From contig NC_092673.1 in assembly GCF_964355755.1 (NCBI RefSeq), positions 26,967,648 through 27,031,647 of the forward strand: a DNA stretch of 64,000 nucleotides, given 5' to 3'. A program made the translations under genes and the position numbers. The notes under the pieces are model-generated. The model did not search any database and was not told the origin of the DNA. It was given only the letters and a program-made list of their open reading frames with translations. This stretch comes from Antedon mediterranea. Taxonomy: Eukaryota; Animalia; Echinodermata. This document shows, in pieces, positions 41,401-56,400 of the stretch (the stretch's first letter is position 1; each line of letters opens with the position of its first letter).

Positions 41401-44400
41401 TGAATATGCCGTACCCTAATCTTAGCCAATCTTGGAGGTATACAGTATACATAACTTAGTAACGTACAAAATGCAGATTAGAAACTTTTGCATATGCAGC
41501 ACAAGCCTCATCAAGGAGCACCTTCGGTACGGAAAGTGCCCCTGAATAGGGGTTGACTGTAGTGTTAAAATATATTATTATTGCCCTTTCGTTCGTATCA
41601 CAGGAAAGTGTCCCTTTGATAGAGGTGTCAACTGAATAGGGGTGTCCCAAAAGAGGGTGTTCTCAAAATGAGTAAGACAACTTCTCTTGATGGTCATGTT
41701 CGGGCTCCACGTGGCTTAGTGGAAAAAGCAAGGCAATTAAACCAAGGTTTAGCTACAGTAGGCTTGTGGTTACAATACATGCTTGGTTTATTTGGATTGC
41801 CTCATTAGAACAAAACTATTGTATGTAAACTTACATTTTTTGCAAAAATCTGGTGGTAGTATTTCGATTTTGATGCTAAAACTTCTGGTCATAAAATCAA
41901 GAACTTTGCGAAGTGTGTAAAAATACACTAAAAAAGGTACGAATTGGCCGTTGAAACAACTGTACAATCACATGAGTATCATGAGTATAAGATTGATGAA
42001 AATGAATGAATAATAATAATAATGTTTACGAGACGAGATCACAATTGTTGCGTTTTATTTGTTGGACAATTTGAACTCTATGGCATTTAGTTACTGTACT
42101 ATTATTTCTATGCCAAGAGGAAATAAAGTTTTGCAACATCAAGAGTTTTGTATTATGTGTCTTTATTCTATTCATCCCTGATCTATTATGATGTCATTTT
42201 GACAAAGGATGCTAAATCATTATTTTGTATTTAATCTGTTTACAGACGCTTTCTTAAATTAAATTTATTTCACTTTTCTACCTTTTCCCCAGCTCTGTCT
42301 ACATTATCAATATAGTTTGATAAAAAATATGATGTGCCCATATATGGTAGTGATATGACATCATCATGTCCACATTTTTTGTCACACAAAGTTTGGTACA
42401 TAGTGAGCAGAAGAATCATGTCAAAGTTATTTTATTTTACTGCAGTACCTGTACTTTGTTTCTTTAACATGTTACGGCAAATTTAGCAAGATTGTTTAAA
42501 TCATTGTTCAGAGACTGATTGAAATGAAACAAACCAAAGTCACACATTATTGCAGTTTAAAACAAAATTAGTTACTGCAGTAACTGCAGTAGAGTAATTT
42601 ATAAATGTTCACATGATCCCTAACCATCATGAATGATTTGAGGAATTAAGCTGGAATACATGGAAGAACCAGAGTGGAAAAATATTTATTTACTTTCCAT
42701 TTGTTCACACTATTATAAAGCTAGGTAAACTTCCTGCCTGTCACCAACTATACACACTTGTCTGTCTGTACATTTAATTTGTCTTAATTTCTAGACAGAT
42801 TGTTTGACCTGAAAGGTCAATTCATACACTTACCGTACAATGCTTGGTTTCCTTCCGATAATTAGCACCACTTTAGGCTGTGTTCACATAAACAATTCAA
42901 TTGTCTTACTTAAGTATTTTATTACAGAAAATAGCATTCCTATATAGACATCCCATGTAAACTGAATTGATATGTGTCTCTAAATGTGTAAAAATAAACA
43001 GGTTGAAAAAATAAACTTCTAAAAAATGTAATAATTAATTTTAGTGGAGATCTAAGGTGGCTGATTTCCACCAAAGAAAAAAATCATTTTATAATAATAT
43101 GGCGCCCTAAATATACAATCTGTTCACACGTACATGCGCATGCGTAGTACATTAACAAACCTCTCAGCGCATTCACAGATTTTAGAAAGTCACGTGGTAC
43201 ATTACTGGCCATCTTTGTGTCCAACTATGCCTATGTAGAGTATGGAGTCGAGTTTTTTGCTTAAAAAATGTATAACATTCACAAGGTTTTAAATATCAAA
43301 ACAATCAATTTGTTTAAAGGTTTTTGTTAAAGACCCCTTCCCTGCAATTTTGGACGTTTTTTGGAAAATAATATATATATATCACTTTAAAAACATTAAA
43401 CCATGTCATTCCTTGTCTTAAATGTACGTTTTATGGTAAATTATGATAAAAAGTGAGAAACAATGCACTACCTAAGTAGCTCGCGGCGATCGACCTCTCG
43501 TGGACGGTCTTAGGCATAGCCTAGCTAGGCTTAGTTTTGTAGGCCTAGCTGGTAAACATCGGTAACGTACAAACATCGTACGCTAGCTATATACCTAGCC
43601 TGACGTTGTATAGTTGCTGCATTAATTGTCTTTCTATTTTTGCCAGACTCCGTTGATACAAATTGGGGAAAACCCGGTATTTTCGCTGAAAAGTTAGGAG
43701 TCTTCCATTTGTTTTGGCCTCACGATCGATCGAAAAGTGGGCGAATTACAGGTGAAAAACAAAAATATCAATCCTCGCGCAGTGCATTTTGGGATTTATA
43801 GCGGGCCGCTATAATTATTAGAATCGACTTATTTTTCACATTTTAACCGTTTAAAGACAAAAAAGTTATCGCAATATGACCATATAGTATTATTTTTACA
43901 TTAAATATAGTTTGTGATCTTAAATTAGATCTAAAAAACGTAGGGAAGGGGGCTTTAAGATAACCCAATCATAAAGTTACTGCGAAGATGATTTTAAACA
44001 ACAAAATGTAAAAACAATGCATTACTGTACAGAATCGCTGTACAAAATAAACGCGTAGAGCGTGTATGGAGCGCACAGCCAGAGCCGTTAAATTAAATGG
44101 ATTAAAGCTATTTTTTGTTTAAAATCATCAAAATAATGTTATTATTGATTTAACAAATTGATTGAACCCATTATTCAAAGTCGCAACTCTTATGGCTCTG
44201 GGTTTGTTGATGTACGCATGCGCATGTACGTGTGAACGGATTGTATAATTAGGGCGTTATAACGCCGTAATTAGGGCGTTATAACGCCGTATTATTATAA
44301 AAGAATTTTTTTCTTTGGCGGAAATCAGCCACCGTAGAGATCTGTACATAGATTATTGACAAAAAAAAACATGATCTGGAAAAAAAGTTGTGTTTTAAAA

Positions 44401-47400
44401 AAGATATTTTGATTTTTTAAAAGATGACCTAAATTTACTTCTTCTATTTACTTCATTTTTTTCAATTTTAACTCATTTCATTTTTAACTCATTTCATTTT
44501 TAACTCATTTCATTTACGCATCGCAGTTAGCAGAGCACTTGTTTACGGAAGACAAGAAAAAAAAAATGACATAATTATCCTTGTACAGAAATTATTGTGT
44601 TCCTTCCTGTGAAACTAGTTTACTGCCCTCTAGTGGCCAATTTTTCCAAAAGATTCCTGTTTTATTAAAGTCAGAGGGATTGAATTAAACACCTGCCTGT
44701 GATACAATAGAAGTATACGGACTGAAAGCAGAGTCCTCAGTGGCATAACAAGGGGGGGGGGGGGGGTTTAGGACTCCTAAGGGACCCACCAACGCTGGGT
44801 AGTTGCATTGGGCTTGGCCCCAGGGTTAGCAAACAAGCACTCATAACATAATCCTCAACTTGCTATACAATAATTTATTTCAGTAGTCATTGATAAAAAA
44901 TGTCCCTAGTCCCTAGTCAGTCATTCTGCTGCGCATTTGCAAATGTTTCTGAGCGTGTGCATAATGATTTGCTAACTTTTGTAAAGATTTAAGATCACTA
45001 CTATATACAACTATCCTTCACTAACTTTTTCATAATCTTGTGCCCTCCCCACTACCTATCTATGCACACCTGGTATTGCTTTGGGCTTGGCATATATCCT
45101 ATAAAAAGAATATAAAATTCGAACCAACAGAATGCTGTAAATCTTTATAAACTTAGGCCGGCTTTTTCTCCCTCCCAGTGTGTAATCATGCAGGGACACT
45201 ATTGTTCACAAAGGCTTTGATCCTACTGTATAAGCCTGGGGCAGTCCTTCCTTGTTGTAGCCAGATTAAAAGGATATGAAAATACCTTTCTATTGTGAAT
45301 GTGTAATTGATTTCCATGTGCAGTGGAGCACAGTTATCCAGCTAGGTCAGTTGTATTCAATTTACTTGAGAATCTTGCAGATATTTATTCAATCAAACTT
45401 ATATAGTAATTTTTTAAACAATATATCAATATTAAATACAAATAACATTTAAAACTTTGTACCGTAAAGGCGTTATGGAAGATTCATACAGTTTTTTTAA
45501 CACAGAATTTAGAATTATTCCACCAAGGTTGAACCTTAATTGACAACCAAACAGCCTTGGTATACCATGGTTTTATGCCACCCACCACTCCAGCATGCTT
45601 TTACCATATTTACAGTAAGGCACATCCATATGCCGATAACATTTATCAACTTGTTTTTAGGATCATAAGTTAATGTTTATGTTTGCACATATTTTTTTTT
45701 CATAACCAAATATTTTAACAAGCTGTGTATCTTTAATCAAGCCTAAATGCATACAGTTTAAACAAAAATAAACTTGTGTTTATCTTCAACATGCTTGATA
45801 ATTCCATGATAATTCCTCACACTCAAAATAACAATTGTAATTGGTTAATACTGGTTGAATTACTTGCTATGAATAAATGCTGCAGTACTAGACAGCCACG
45901 ACAAAATATTGTTCAAGGAAGAATGTACTAGGCTATACCATGTATGACAAAGTATACAGTAATCCCAGGGGGCAGTGACAGGACAGCTATGAGCACCCAG
46001 GTGCCCTGTAACTTATGAGGGCCCTGAGCAGTGCCAAGAGGAAAAAACAGGCATTAAAATATGTCGAAAAAGGCTAAAAAATACCCAAGGCCTCCAGCAT
46101 TGGAGGGCCTCAGGCCTCTACGTTATGCCACTGCCAGGGGGCCTGTCTGAAATTAAGATAAACATTATATTTTGCTTGTTTTTTTAAAATAAAGTTATTA
46201 ACCTGTTCTCATCTCTTTTCACTCATTTCTTCTAAAACTTTTTTAAAAGACACCTAGTTCTTCCAAACTTTTTTAAAAACACACTCGGTTCTTCCAAACA
46301 TTGTTTTAAAACACACTCAGTTCTTCCGAAACTCTTTTTAAGACACCTAGTTCTTCCAAAACTTTTTTTTAAGATACTCAGTTCTTCCAAAGATTTTTTT
46401 AAAAGAACACTCAGTTCTTCCAAAACTTTTTAAAGACACTCAGTTCTTCCAAACCTTTTTAAAGACAGTCAGTTCCTCCAAAAATTTTTAAAGACACCCA
46501 GTTCTTCCAAAACTTTTTTTAACTCATCCAGTTCTTCCAAAACATTGTTTAACACGCCCAGTTCTTCCAAAACTCTTTTTAACACACTCAGTTCTTCCAA
46601 AACTCTTTTTAACACACTCAGTTCTTCCAAAACTCTTTTTAACACACTCAGTTCTTCCAAAACTCTTTTTAACACACTCAGTTCTTCCAAAACTTTTTTT
46701 AAAACACACTCAGTTCTTCCAAAACATTTTTTAAACACACACAGTTCTTCCAAAACTTTTTTAAAACACACTCAGTTCTTCCAAAACTTTTTTAAAACAC
46801 ACTCAGTTCTTCCAAAACATTTTTTAAACACACCCAGTTCTTCCAAAACATTGTTTAACACACCCAGTTCTTCCAAAACATTTTTTAACACTCTCAGTTC
46901 TTTCAAGACTTTTTATTAACATACTCAATTCTTCCAAAGATTTTTTGATAAGAAAGAAAGTGAAAATATTTGTTTCATACCGCACACTTCCTGCTGTGTA
47001 TGTTGCTCTAAATGATTCCATGTATTCTGTATAAACTGCCGACTAAAGCATTATTTTGAAAATTACGAACATCCGGTAGTTTTGGATTGGATCCTGAAGT
47101 AGATATCATATTGATAATTGTTTAGCAAGCAAACACAAAAACTTGGCTCAAATCCCATCATTTTTTCCATTCATGCCGAGTTAAAAATGCAGCTGATCCC
47201 TATGAATTTAATACAGGAATAGTTTACTGGTTTCTACAGGGGCGGATTGCTATAAGCGGTCTATAACCGGTCTTAGCACTTAGCCGGCTATAATTCGTGA
47301 CGTAGCAAGTAGTCTTACATTATAGACCATTGCTATACCGCGGTCTAACCTGTAAACGGTCTTTAAAATTAAAGCCTACTCGAAGGAGTCTTAAAACAGT

Positions 47401-50400
47401 CTTAAACCTCTCTTTTTGTGACTTTTACGTATTATTTATCGTCAAAGACAACCAATAGAACGAGTTTTAAGTGTTAAATCAAATAATAACGGTGATTTTA
47501 TTCTTTATATAGCCCTAGAATAGATTTTCTTGCGTAGAAATGTACGTACTGTTATGATTGTGAATTGAACAAGCGTGACAAACATTACCTTATTTGGTAT
47601 TCTACACGCAAAGTACGCCCTCAATTTGTTACTTTACGCGGTCTTATCTAAGACTGTTTTTATAGCAATGGTCTAACAGGGGTGGCTTTAGTAAGACCGT
47701 CTATCAGATAAAGCCGGCTTTAATCGGGGAGTTAAGACCATTAGTTAAGACTGTTTTATAGCAATCCGCCCCAGTTTTTCTTTTCAAAGTACCGTAAATG
47801 TATTTGTAGCATTAAGCTCTGTCTACACTATCAAACTCTATGTGTAAATAAATGTGATGTGCCCATATATGGACATGATGATGCCATATCACTACCATAT
47901 TTGGGTATATCACTACCATATTTGGGCATATCATTACCATATTCATTGAAAGTATGGATGAAGTCTGTCTGTAGTGCCTGTAGAATGGACGTGACTCACA
48001 TCAACTTTTATTTATTTGAATATTTTGTAATACTTTTCTGAATCTCTTACACATAGGCATATTTTTTTAGAACAGGGCATTAGATTACCTAATAATTATT
48101 AGATTATAAATAATTATTTGTGAGACTAGTGCGATCCTTTGTTGGTCAAACTCAAAGAAAAATATATAAATATATATATTATTTTTTTCAGTAATTTGCC
48201 TTTGAATTTATATATATTATTTATATAAATGATTAAACTTATCAACTTTTTCATCTACTGTACTGATTCAACCTTCTGTATCTAAATATTTATCGTGGAA
48301 TATTTAGGATATAACATCTGTTTGAAATATAATTGATAAATAATTTACTAATAACTGAAATCAAAAATTATTATAATCAATATTGTAGTTTTTAACATAG
48401 TAAAATCTGTAGTCCGTCTTACTATTCAGTTACCTTCGCATTTGTTTAGTTGAACCCTGGAAAATTTATACTATTCATAAATTCAGTTACACTAATCACG
48501 ACAATTGAGACAACTTGAATAGAGATGGTGCGATGTTTTGAATAACGGCTCAATGAATGCAATTGAACAATAGGCACTTTGTCGCATACCTGCAGATTTA
48601 AATAACTTTGTGAATTCACGAAATGAGATTAATTTGGCACAATACAAATTAAATATACAGAATTGCTGACTTTGTCAAAAGTATTCAGTTATGTAAAAGT
48701 CAGAGAGAGTGGTTGTTATTCAACCTGTATTATTTAATGGAAAATTATTAAAGTATGAGGAAGTGGTAACAAAAAGAAGGGTGGGTGAATTGAAGCATAT
48801 GGGAATTATATTTTGATAAATAATTCAACAACTTTCATCATTTGAACCCTTGGATGTATTTTGTCCCCCCAAATTAATGAAAAATGAAGATTTATAAAAA
48901 TGTACTTTGAATAGGTCATTTTGTAGATTTAATCAAGTTATTCACTTCCAAAAATGAACAAAAATAATGGTTTCACTGTATAAAAAAAATCCCCAAAATA
49001 AACTATTAAATTTAGCCAAAAACCCACAGTCTAATAGACAAATTGACTATTTTTTGCTTAAAATACAAAATACAATTTTTCAGATAATTTTTTTTTTTAA
49101 TCCAATTTTTGGTTAAATTAATAACTATTATGTGACATTAAAATGGCAAATATTAAAAAAAAAATATTTTTACAAATTGTTTTTTCAGGGGGACAATATA
49201 TCTTTAACAAAATGGTTTTCATAGAGTTTTGGTATACAATGACATCATCCCAACATTATTTTGCAATATGAAAGATGTTTTGGCTGTAGAGGTAGAGAAA
49301 AATGAATTTTTCCACCAATGTATTATGGAAAATTGAAAAAAAAAAATGAACTTAAAACTTGTTTGATGTTGTGTAAATGCTTTAAGAATAGATTCACACT
49401 TGACCACTGTTTAGCATTGGTCAAGCGTGGATAGTCTGACTTACATCACTTAAAACTGACCCTTAGGCACTCTTGAACTAGGCTAGCTAAACTAGGTACC
49501 AATACCTCTCATAATAAAATAGAATTAGTCCTAGTGCTTGATTTGAATTCAATGGATACCTTTGTTCTGTATTGTTTGCAACCAGAACTCCTTGTCACTT
49601 GTCCCAATTTTTAGGACAATCATTTATAAGTTCCATTGTGATTGTAAGAATTTTATAATCTCTACTGTACTTTGAATGAACTGTCAACCCTGATGTTGCA
49701 AGTTATAGTAATTTTAACAAGTTTTTAACACATTTGTGTTGGGAATATGCACTAGCTACTCTTCATTTACAATAGAACCCCTCCTTTTGGACACCATTAT
49801 GCCACTATTCAGGAGACACACCCATAATAATGGCGATACTGTACTGTAAGTTAGGTGTTAAAAAGTACAACAAAAATAGTTTACTCGTGGACCTCCGCTT
49901 AGAATTTTAAAAATACCTTTGAATTTGATTCCTTTATTCCAGGTCAATTGTGTGAAACGTTCTCATCTCTCGTATTGGTGTAGAAATTCCTTTTTATATC
50001 CAAGTTTGATTATCTGAACCAGGGGTACTGATACGTTGTTAACCTCATGGTGAACTCGTTATTGTTGATTCTGTAGTTTTTAATTGTCTTTTTTCCATTC
50101 ATTTTATAGATAGTTTCTCTTTTAGTAAATCATAAAGATTATTCTGTACTATATAGTTATTGTTTAAAGGCTTCCATGTCGAATATACATTAAAAAAGTT
50201 AGTAAAGTTAGGTTTGCGGTACACCATGTGCTTTCAAAAGAAAATAAAGTATTTTTGAAAAAGTTTCTTCAGAAAAGGTTATAGCATACCAACCAAAACG
50301 TAAAGGTTTTCTGCAAAAAAAACAAAACAATTTTTTTTTGTATGTACGTACTCTAACAATTTGTTAAACTAGAGGGTGAGCTCGCTTCGCTCGCTCCCCC

Positions 50401-53400
50401 TCTAGGAAGTGTAGACGATGGTTCTCGGAATGATAATGTTCTCCTTATACATTTTCTGTCGGTTACCATTATTGAAAATGCTTGACATTCGTAAAACTAA
50501 ACTACTTTGTTTCACAGTGTTTTAGATGATTAAAAACATTTTAAAGTATAGTTTTTATTGTTTGGTAGGGCCCTTTGGGGAGGCGGAGGTCATTTGAGGG
50601 AGGTGCTTATTCGAGGGATATATGTTAAATTTTTTAGTTCTAATAATATGGTAACATTTATAATCAAATGAAATCCTCTCATAGATATGAAAAGTGGTAA
50701 AAAAGAATAACAAATGCTTGGTAAATTGCAGATAACAGTGCGGTGAATTCTACTACAAATAGTATAATTGTGTTATTATAAATATGTGGATGGACGTTTA
50801 TTAGATAGTTGGGTTGTGGGGTGGGGGGGGGGGGTTTATTATTCAAAGTGATGTTTTATTGGAGAGGCGTTTATTCAAATGAATACCATCCTAATAATTA
50901 TTAATACATTATTTAATTTAATCATCTTTTGAAACTAACTGCCGTGACAGAGTGGGCCCAAGAAAGAAGACATTACGGCTTGCAACATGGGCAGACATCT
51001 CGGTCCTAACGGGACACAGGAAGATAGCCTACAGTTATTCCTGCAAGCTTACTCAATAAAACTCAGCTATCGGGATTTCACTCGAAAAATGTCTTATCAA
51101 ATCTCCCTATGTAATTTTATAATACTATTCCCCACAATATATTCTGATTCTTTATGGCGTATATTTAATTTGATCTTTATTAATTTGCAGTATAATTCCT
51201 ATTATTTAACTACTGTACCTTCACACACGTGTGGTATGTTTTAAAATAAACAAAAAACTGAAATGGCTATGATAAATGGCCAATTTTTTTTTCGTCTTCC
51301 AAAGGGACACTGTATTGATTGATGGAAAGTGCCTGTTTCCAGTCACCTTTAGGGTCAAATCTATTATTTTAACTGCTCCCTTGTGTATAAAAGAGAGGAA
51401 ATATTTGAAACAAAGTTGAACTTATCTTAAACCCGGAAATTACTTTGACCGGGAAGAATTGAAATTGAGAGGAAAATCCAATGTTGAAATCATAAATGTT
51501 GTTAAAAAACTCTTTATAATATCTTCCTAAGATATAAATATGGAACAATAGCGTCGGCGTGCACACTAATGTTATCAAATCTACGTTTCGCGGTACATAT
51601 CGGATAGATAAGGTAGGTATCCAAGGCGGAGATTTGTAGAGAAGTTTTTGCATTGTGCTCGCCTATGTCAGAATTAACCATAATTTATATATAGATACAT
51701 TGTGCATTGACTTTAAAATACTGTACAAAATGGCAATCCCATTTCTGATGGCAATCCTGTTTTTGATGGCAATACCATATCTGATGGCAATCCTATTTCT
51801 GATGGCAATCCTATTTCTGATGGCAATCCTATTTCTGATGGCAATCCTATATCTCATGGCAATCCTATATCTCATGGCAATCCTATTTCTGATGGCAATC
51901 CTATTTCTGATAGCAATCCTATTTCTGATTGCAATCCTATTTCTGATTGCAATCCTATTTCTGATAGCAATCCTATTTCTGATTGCAATCCTATTCTTTT
52001 CAGGGATATTATAGAAGAACACCAGAATACTCTGAGATGTTAGAACGCAATATATCTGGCATAATCCAAGTTCCTATGATACACTCAACATATATGATTG
52101 ACTTACAACTACAGGTGTCGTTACAATTACAGTATTCACCGCCACCAGAGTACGAAGGCGATATTGACGACATGCTTATTTTTGCGTATTCTGCACGTAA
52201 AGCAAGTGAGTAGATTCTTATTTTATTTAATCACTTGTATAGTGCCGATAGTATTTGGTCTGAAAAATACACTTTTGGCAAAAAATAACCACCCTAGTCG
52301 AATGAATAAAGAGGTGTTAAATTGATAATAATTAGATTATGCAATAAAAAAATATTTGTGAAAAATTTATGTTTAATTTAATCTTTAATAATAATTTCAT
52401 TACAGAAAAAAATGCATTACATCGTTTGTTTTTTACAGAAATACCTATGTATATAATGAATGCTGCGTTCTTTGGTAGTCTTTCTACCCCAGCTGGTGTC
52501 CAGAACACGTTAGAAGAAGATGAACAACAAATGATATTCCAACGAATCGAGGTCATGGGTTAGTATCGTTTTGATTCAACAATAATAGGGAGGTTTCGCA
52601 ACCTTACGAATACGATAACGAAAACGGATACGTCATACATTTGTGAAACTTTTGAGCTGATCCCCATTTCATATTTGTAAAGCGTATTCGTGTTGACGAA
52701 TATCACCAGTCATGTTCGTAACTACAAAACGAGTATAGTTTTTGATCAATTTTGCACATTTTGCATTTGAATCAGGAATGATTCATGATTATAATATAAT
52801 TATAGATTTATTGAAAGTAATTTACTAAAGTAATTTACTAAAATGCCAAGTCAATTTTGATAAATAGCAGTTTTTAAAGTCCTCACTCGCTTTGATGTTA
52901 CGCTAGGCCTAGGCAGCCAAGCACCAAGCAACACGTCGTACCTGCGCTTCGCTCAAATTTACCGCAGTCATATTTTGGACGCGCCTCAATGTTTCGTTGC
53001 CATGCGAAACAGATTTGTTTATGGCTTAGGAAAACGAATACGTGTGCGTGACGTATCTGTTTTCGTTATCGTATTTGTAAGATTGCGAAACCTCTCTAAT
53101 AAACTGTTTGATCTACCGTAGATAAAGAAATGTAATATAATATTGTTCTGGTGGTAGAACAAGTCTTGGCAGATAGTGCCTTAACTGGCGGTCAAGTGTG
53201 CAAATCTGGCTCATTTGCACAATTGCAATAATAAGAGTTTATTCCAGTGTACTGTACAAAATCTTTAACATATTTTTGTTTTTTATTTTTTTAGTCGAAA
53301 ATGAGCCTATGCCATTGTCTGCGCATATCACTCTGCCTCCCAAACAGCTGTCTAAGTTTGGTGCAGATAAGATTTATATGATCAATTTAAAACGAAGACC

Positions 53401-56400
53401 AAAAAGAAGACAGCGAATGGTTCGATCGTTACATGAATTATCTTTAAATTATACCATTTTCAATGCTGTGGATGGAAAGTAAGTGTAAATAAAAGAAAGA
53501 TACAAAATGACATGCACTTTATTTTTATGTAAATTTATATTTTATTGAAGATTATAATTAAATTGTATCAGTTTTTAGCTTTTTGTTGATTGTCCTTTTC
53601 ATGTCATTGTCATTTTTTTTTTATAAATTAATATGGTGAATAAAAACAAAGGTGATACAAAAATTACATTAAGATTTGTGCCGCAAAATCATATCTTCCC
53701 ATCATTCATTATCTGAGCATCCTCACAAGGCTTTCCACCATCTAAAACTCATTTACTTTCCGAATTATTCATATTATGTAGGTTAGTAAGAAGTGTTCAT
53801 TTCTGGATGCCAGTAATTGCTTTCTAATGTCAATATTTTTTTATTGTAGACTGTTAACGGATGAAAAATTAAAAGAAATGGGAATTGATATGATGGAAGG
53901 CTATAAAGATCCCTTCCACGAGCGGATCCTAACTAAAGGAGAGATTGGATGCTTCCTGAGTCACTACAACATTTGGGTTGATGTAAGTGTATAGTCATTT
54001 TCAATAACGGATCCATTGGGTGTGCAGAATGGTTACTATCAACGCCGCAGTAAAAAAAAACTTATTGAATTTAGTGCCACCACACAGCCATTTGTTTTAT
54101 CCTATATTTTGTGGAAAGGTACATTTGCCCAAAGAATTTTGAAAATAATGAAATTGCTCCTTGAAAAAATTATTTACAGAGTTAATTTTACCAACTACCA
54201 ATGTGTGAACAACCTGGACCTCAATGCAATGAAATATTTGGTAATATTCTTAGTAATTCTAAGTTACTGTACACCTCAAGATAGTTTGTTTGTTTTGTTC
54301 AATGGGTTCCTATGACATTTGTTTTTTATTAATTTGCCATGTATTGTTATCTAAAATATTATTGATAATGTTTTGGGGTGTTTTTTTCAGATGATTGAAA
54401 AAGGTTATGAGACAGTTATTGTATTAGAAGATGATGTTAGATTTGAAGCTTTTTTTACGATGAAGCTTAAAAAACTTTTAAATGAACCACAAAAGTTAGA
54501 CATAGCATGGGAGTTAATGTAAGTGGCGAATAAATGTTATATTCATTGCACAAATCATGATTTTGTATGTCGTAAGGGATATTGGACTAGCATGTGAGAG
54601 GCATGCAGTGGGACAGCCAGTCGACAAATCGTGTCAAATTTCGACTCGGAGAGGGCGCCCTACTTTTCTAATTTAGTTCAAAATTGCTAAATTTTAGGGT
54701 GTTGGAAAAACACAATATTTGTAAATTTAGCTGATTATCGGAAAAATATTGTTAGTGAAATAAATTCATAAATGGTTTTAATATATTGTCATGTAAAATT
54801 AAATGTATTTGAACAAAACGATAATCTGTAATTTAACGGCAAAATCAACCAATGTCTTTTTTCCGAAATTGTACCCTAGAAAATCATTAAAATAAAATAT
54901 TTAGAAAAATTGAACAGTCCTGAATTTAAAATCCCTGTTAGAAAAATTAATAATCTACAGAATACGATATTAAGATACAAAATTCGGTGGTTGGGATGCA
55001 GCTCCGACTATTCAAACTAAAGGTACCACTATTTGTTCCATCGAAAACTAGCGAAACCGCCATATTGTAAACACATCGTCATCGTGTTTATGAATTTATT
55101 TATATCGAACGATATACGCGATGTTTATAATTGTCCGCGTAAAAGAATTCATATAAATAAATACATTCCAATACAACGTATATTATTACTTGTTTATTTA
55201 TCACAGTATACATTTTAGTTGAGGAATATTTATCATAACTATTATAATAGCTTTTATACGAGTCCGAGGCCTAGCCCTATTAGCGACCGATTGTTCCAGG
55301 GGCGGAAAGTCACTTAGTGACGTTGTGATCGGGCGCGTCGGGCCTAGCTAATATTAATAATATGACCTGAAATAAGCGGCTAACAAGAACTGTTATATAC
55401 TTGTGATGAACAAACAAGCAATTAGATTGAATAACAAATTATTTATTCATTTTTTTTGGGTAAAAACATGTACAAACTAGTACTGTATAATATAAATTAT
55501 AATAATAGTAATATTAAACTAATACAGTATTAATAAAATATAAAATAGGCCTAACAATAACATACAATAAATATTCAATTTTTAAGGTCTACCACATGAC
55601 AATAACATAATTTACAGAGTATAGTGTAGTAGGTTTGCATTCAACATAAATATTTGTATTGTAATTCATCTAAATCCTCTGCAACATACATATATATTTG
55701 TAATTCAACATTTTGTTTTAAATAATTAAATTATAGTTTGGGTATGACAATGTCGGTAGGTACCGGTGTCATCTTTGTATCCACTTCACTCTCAGTTTGA
55801 AGTCACAAAGACAAAGAACTCTGCATCATCAACGATTCCTGAAAGTGTCAGAAAAAATAATAAATATTATTTAAAAAAATGTTAATGTCTGGTTGTATAT
55901 ATAATTATAATATTATATGATGACATAAAAGTAAGGCAAATGGAAGCTGTATTTTATTAATTAAATTACACTTACAGTATTTACTATTATTTATTTATAT
56001 AATCTAGGCCTACTAGCACTAGTAGTCTAGCTAGGCATCTATTGAGCCTAATAAATCAAATAATAAATGAAAAATAAAATAATAATATTAATACTGATTG
56101 AAAAAAAGTATTTTGTTGGGGGGGGGGATCAGCGATCAGATCACCAGGCTAGGCCGGCCAGGACCAATGATACTCGTAATCAGTACAACTTATAAACGAC
56201 TATCGGATCAGCATCAACACAGTACAACACACGTCTCGCTATCGCCTATACTGACACACGTGTCTCGCGTTGCCGAAACCACGCTCACAGCTAGAAAATG
56301 TACCTACCTTTCGAGGCCTGAGAATACACCAACAAATTTTGAACAGGATAGAAATATATCATACTCGATTAAACTAATATTATTCTTGATAAAACAATTG

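Noticed and set aside
41700-41790. tRNA gene
   Set aside because: Has an A-box-like TGGCTTAGTGG but a broken B box and no cloverleaf; at most a decayed tRNA-derived SINE head.
46232-47021. Coiled-coil-like ORFs (LEELSVLKRV repeats)
   Set aside because: Translations of a ~30-bp intronic minisatellite with frame-shifting unit lengths.
51655-52022. 119-aa MAILFL / RNRIAI repeat ORFs on both strands
   Set aside because: Translations of the 18-bp intronic minisatellite; the real exon begins at 52004.
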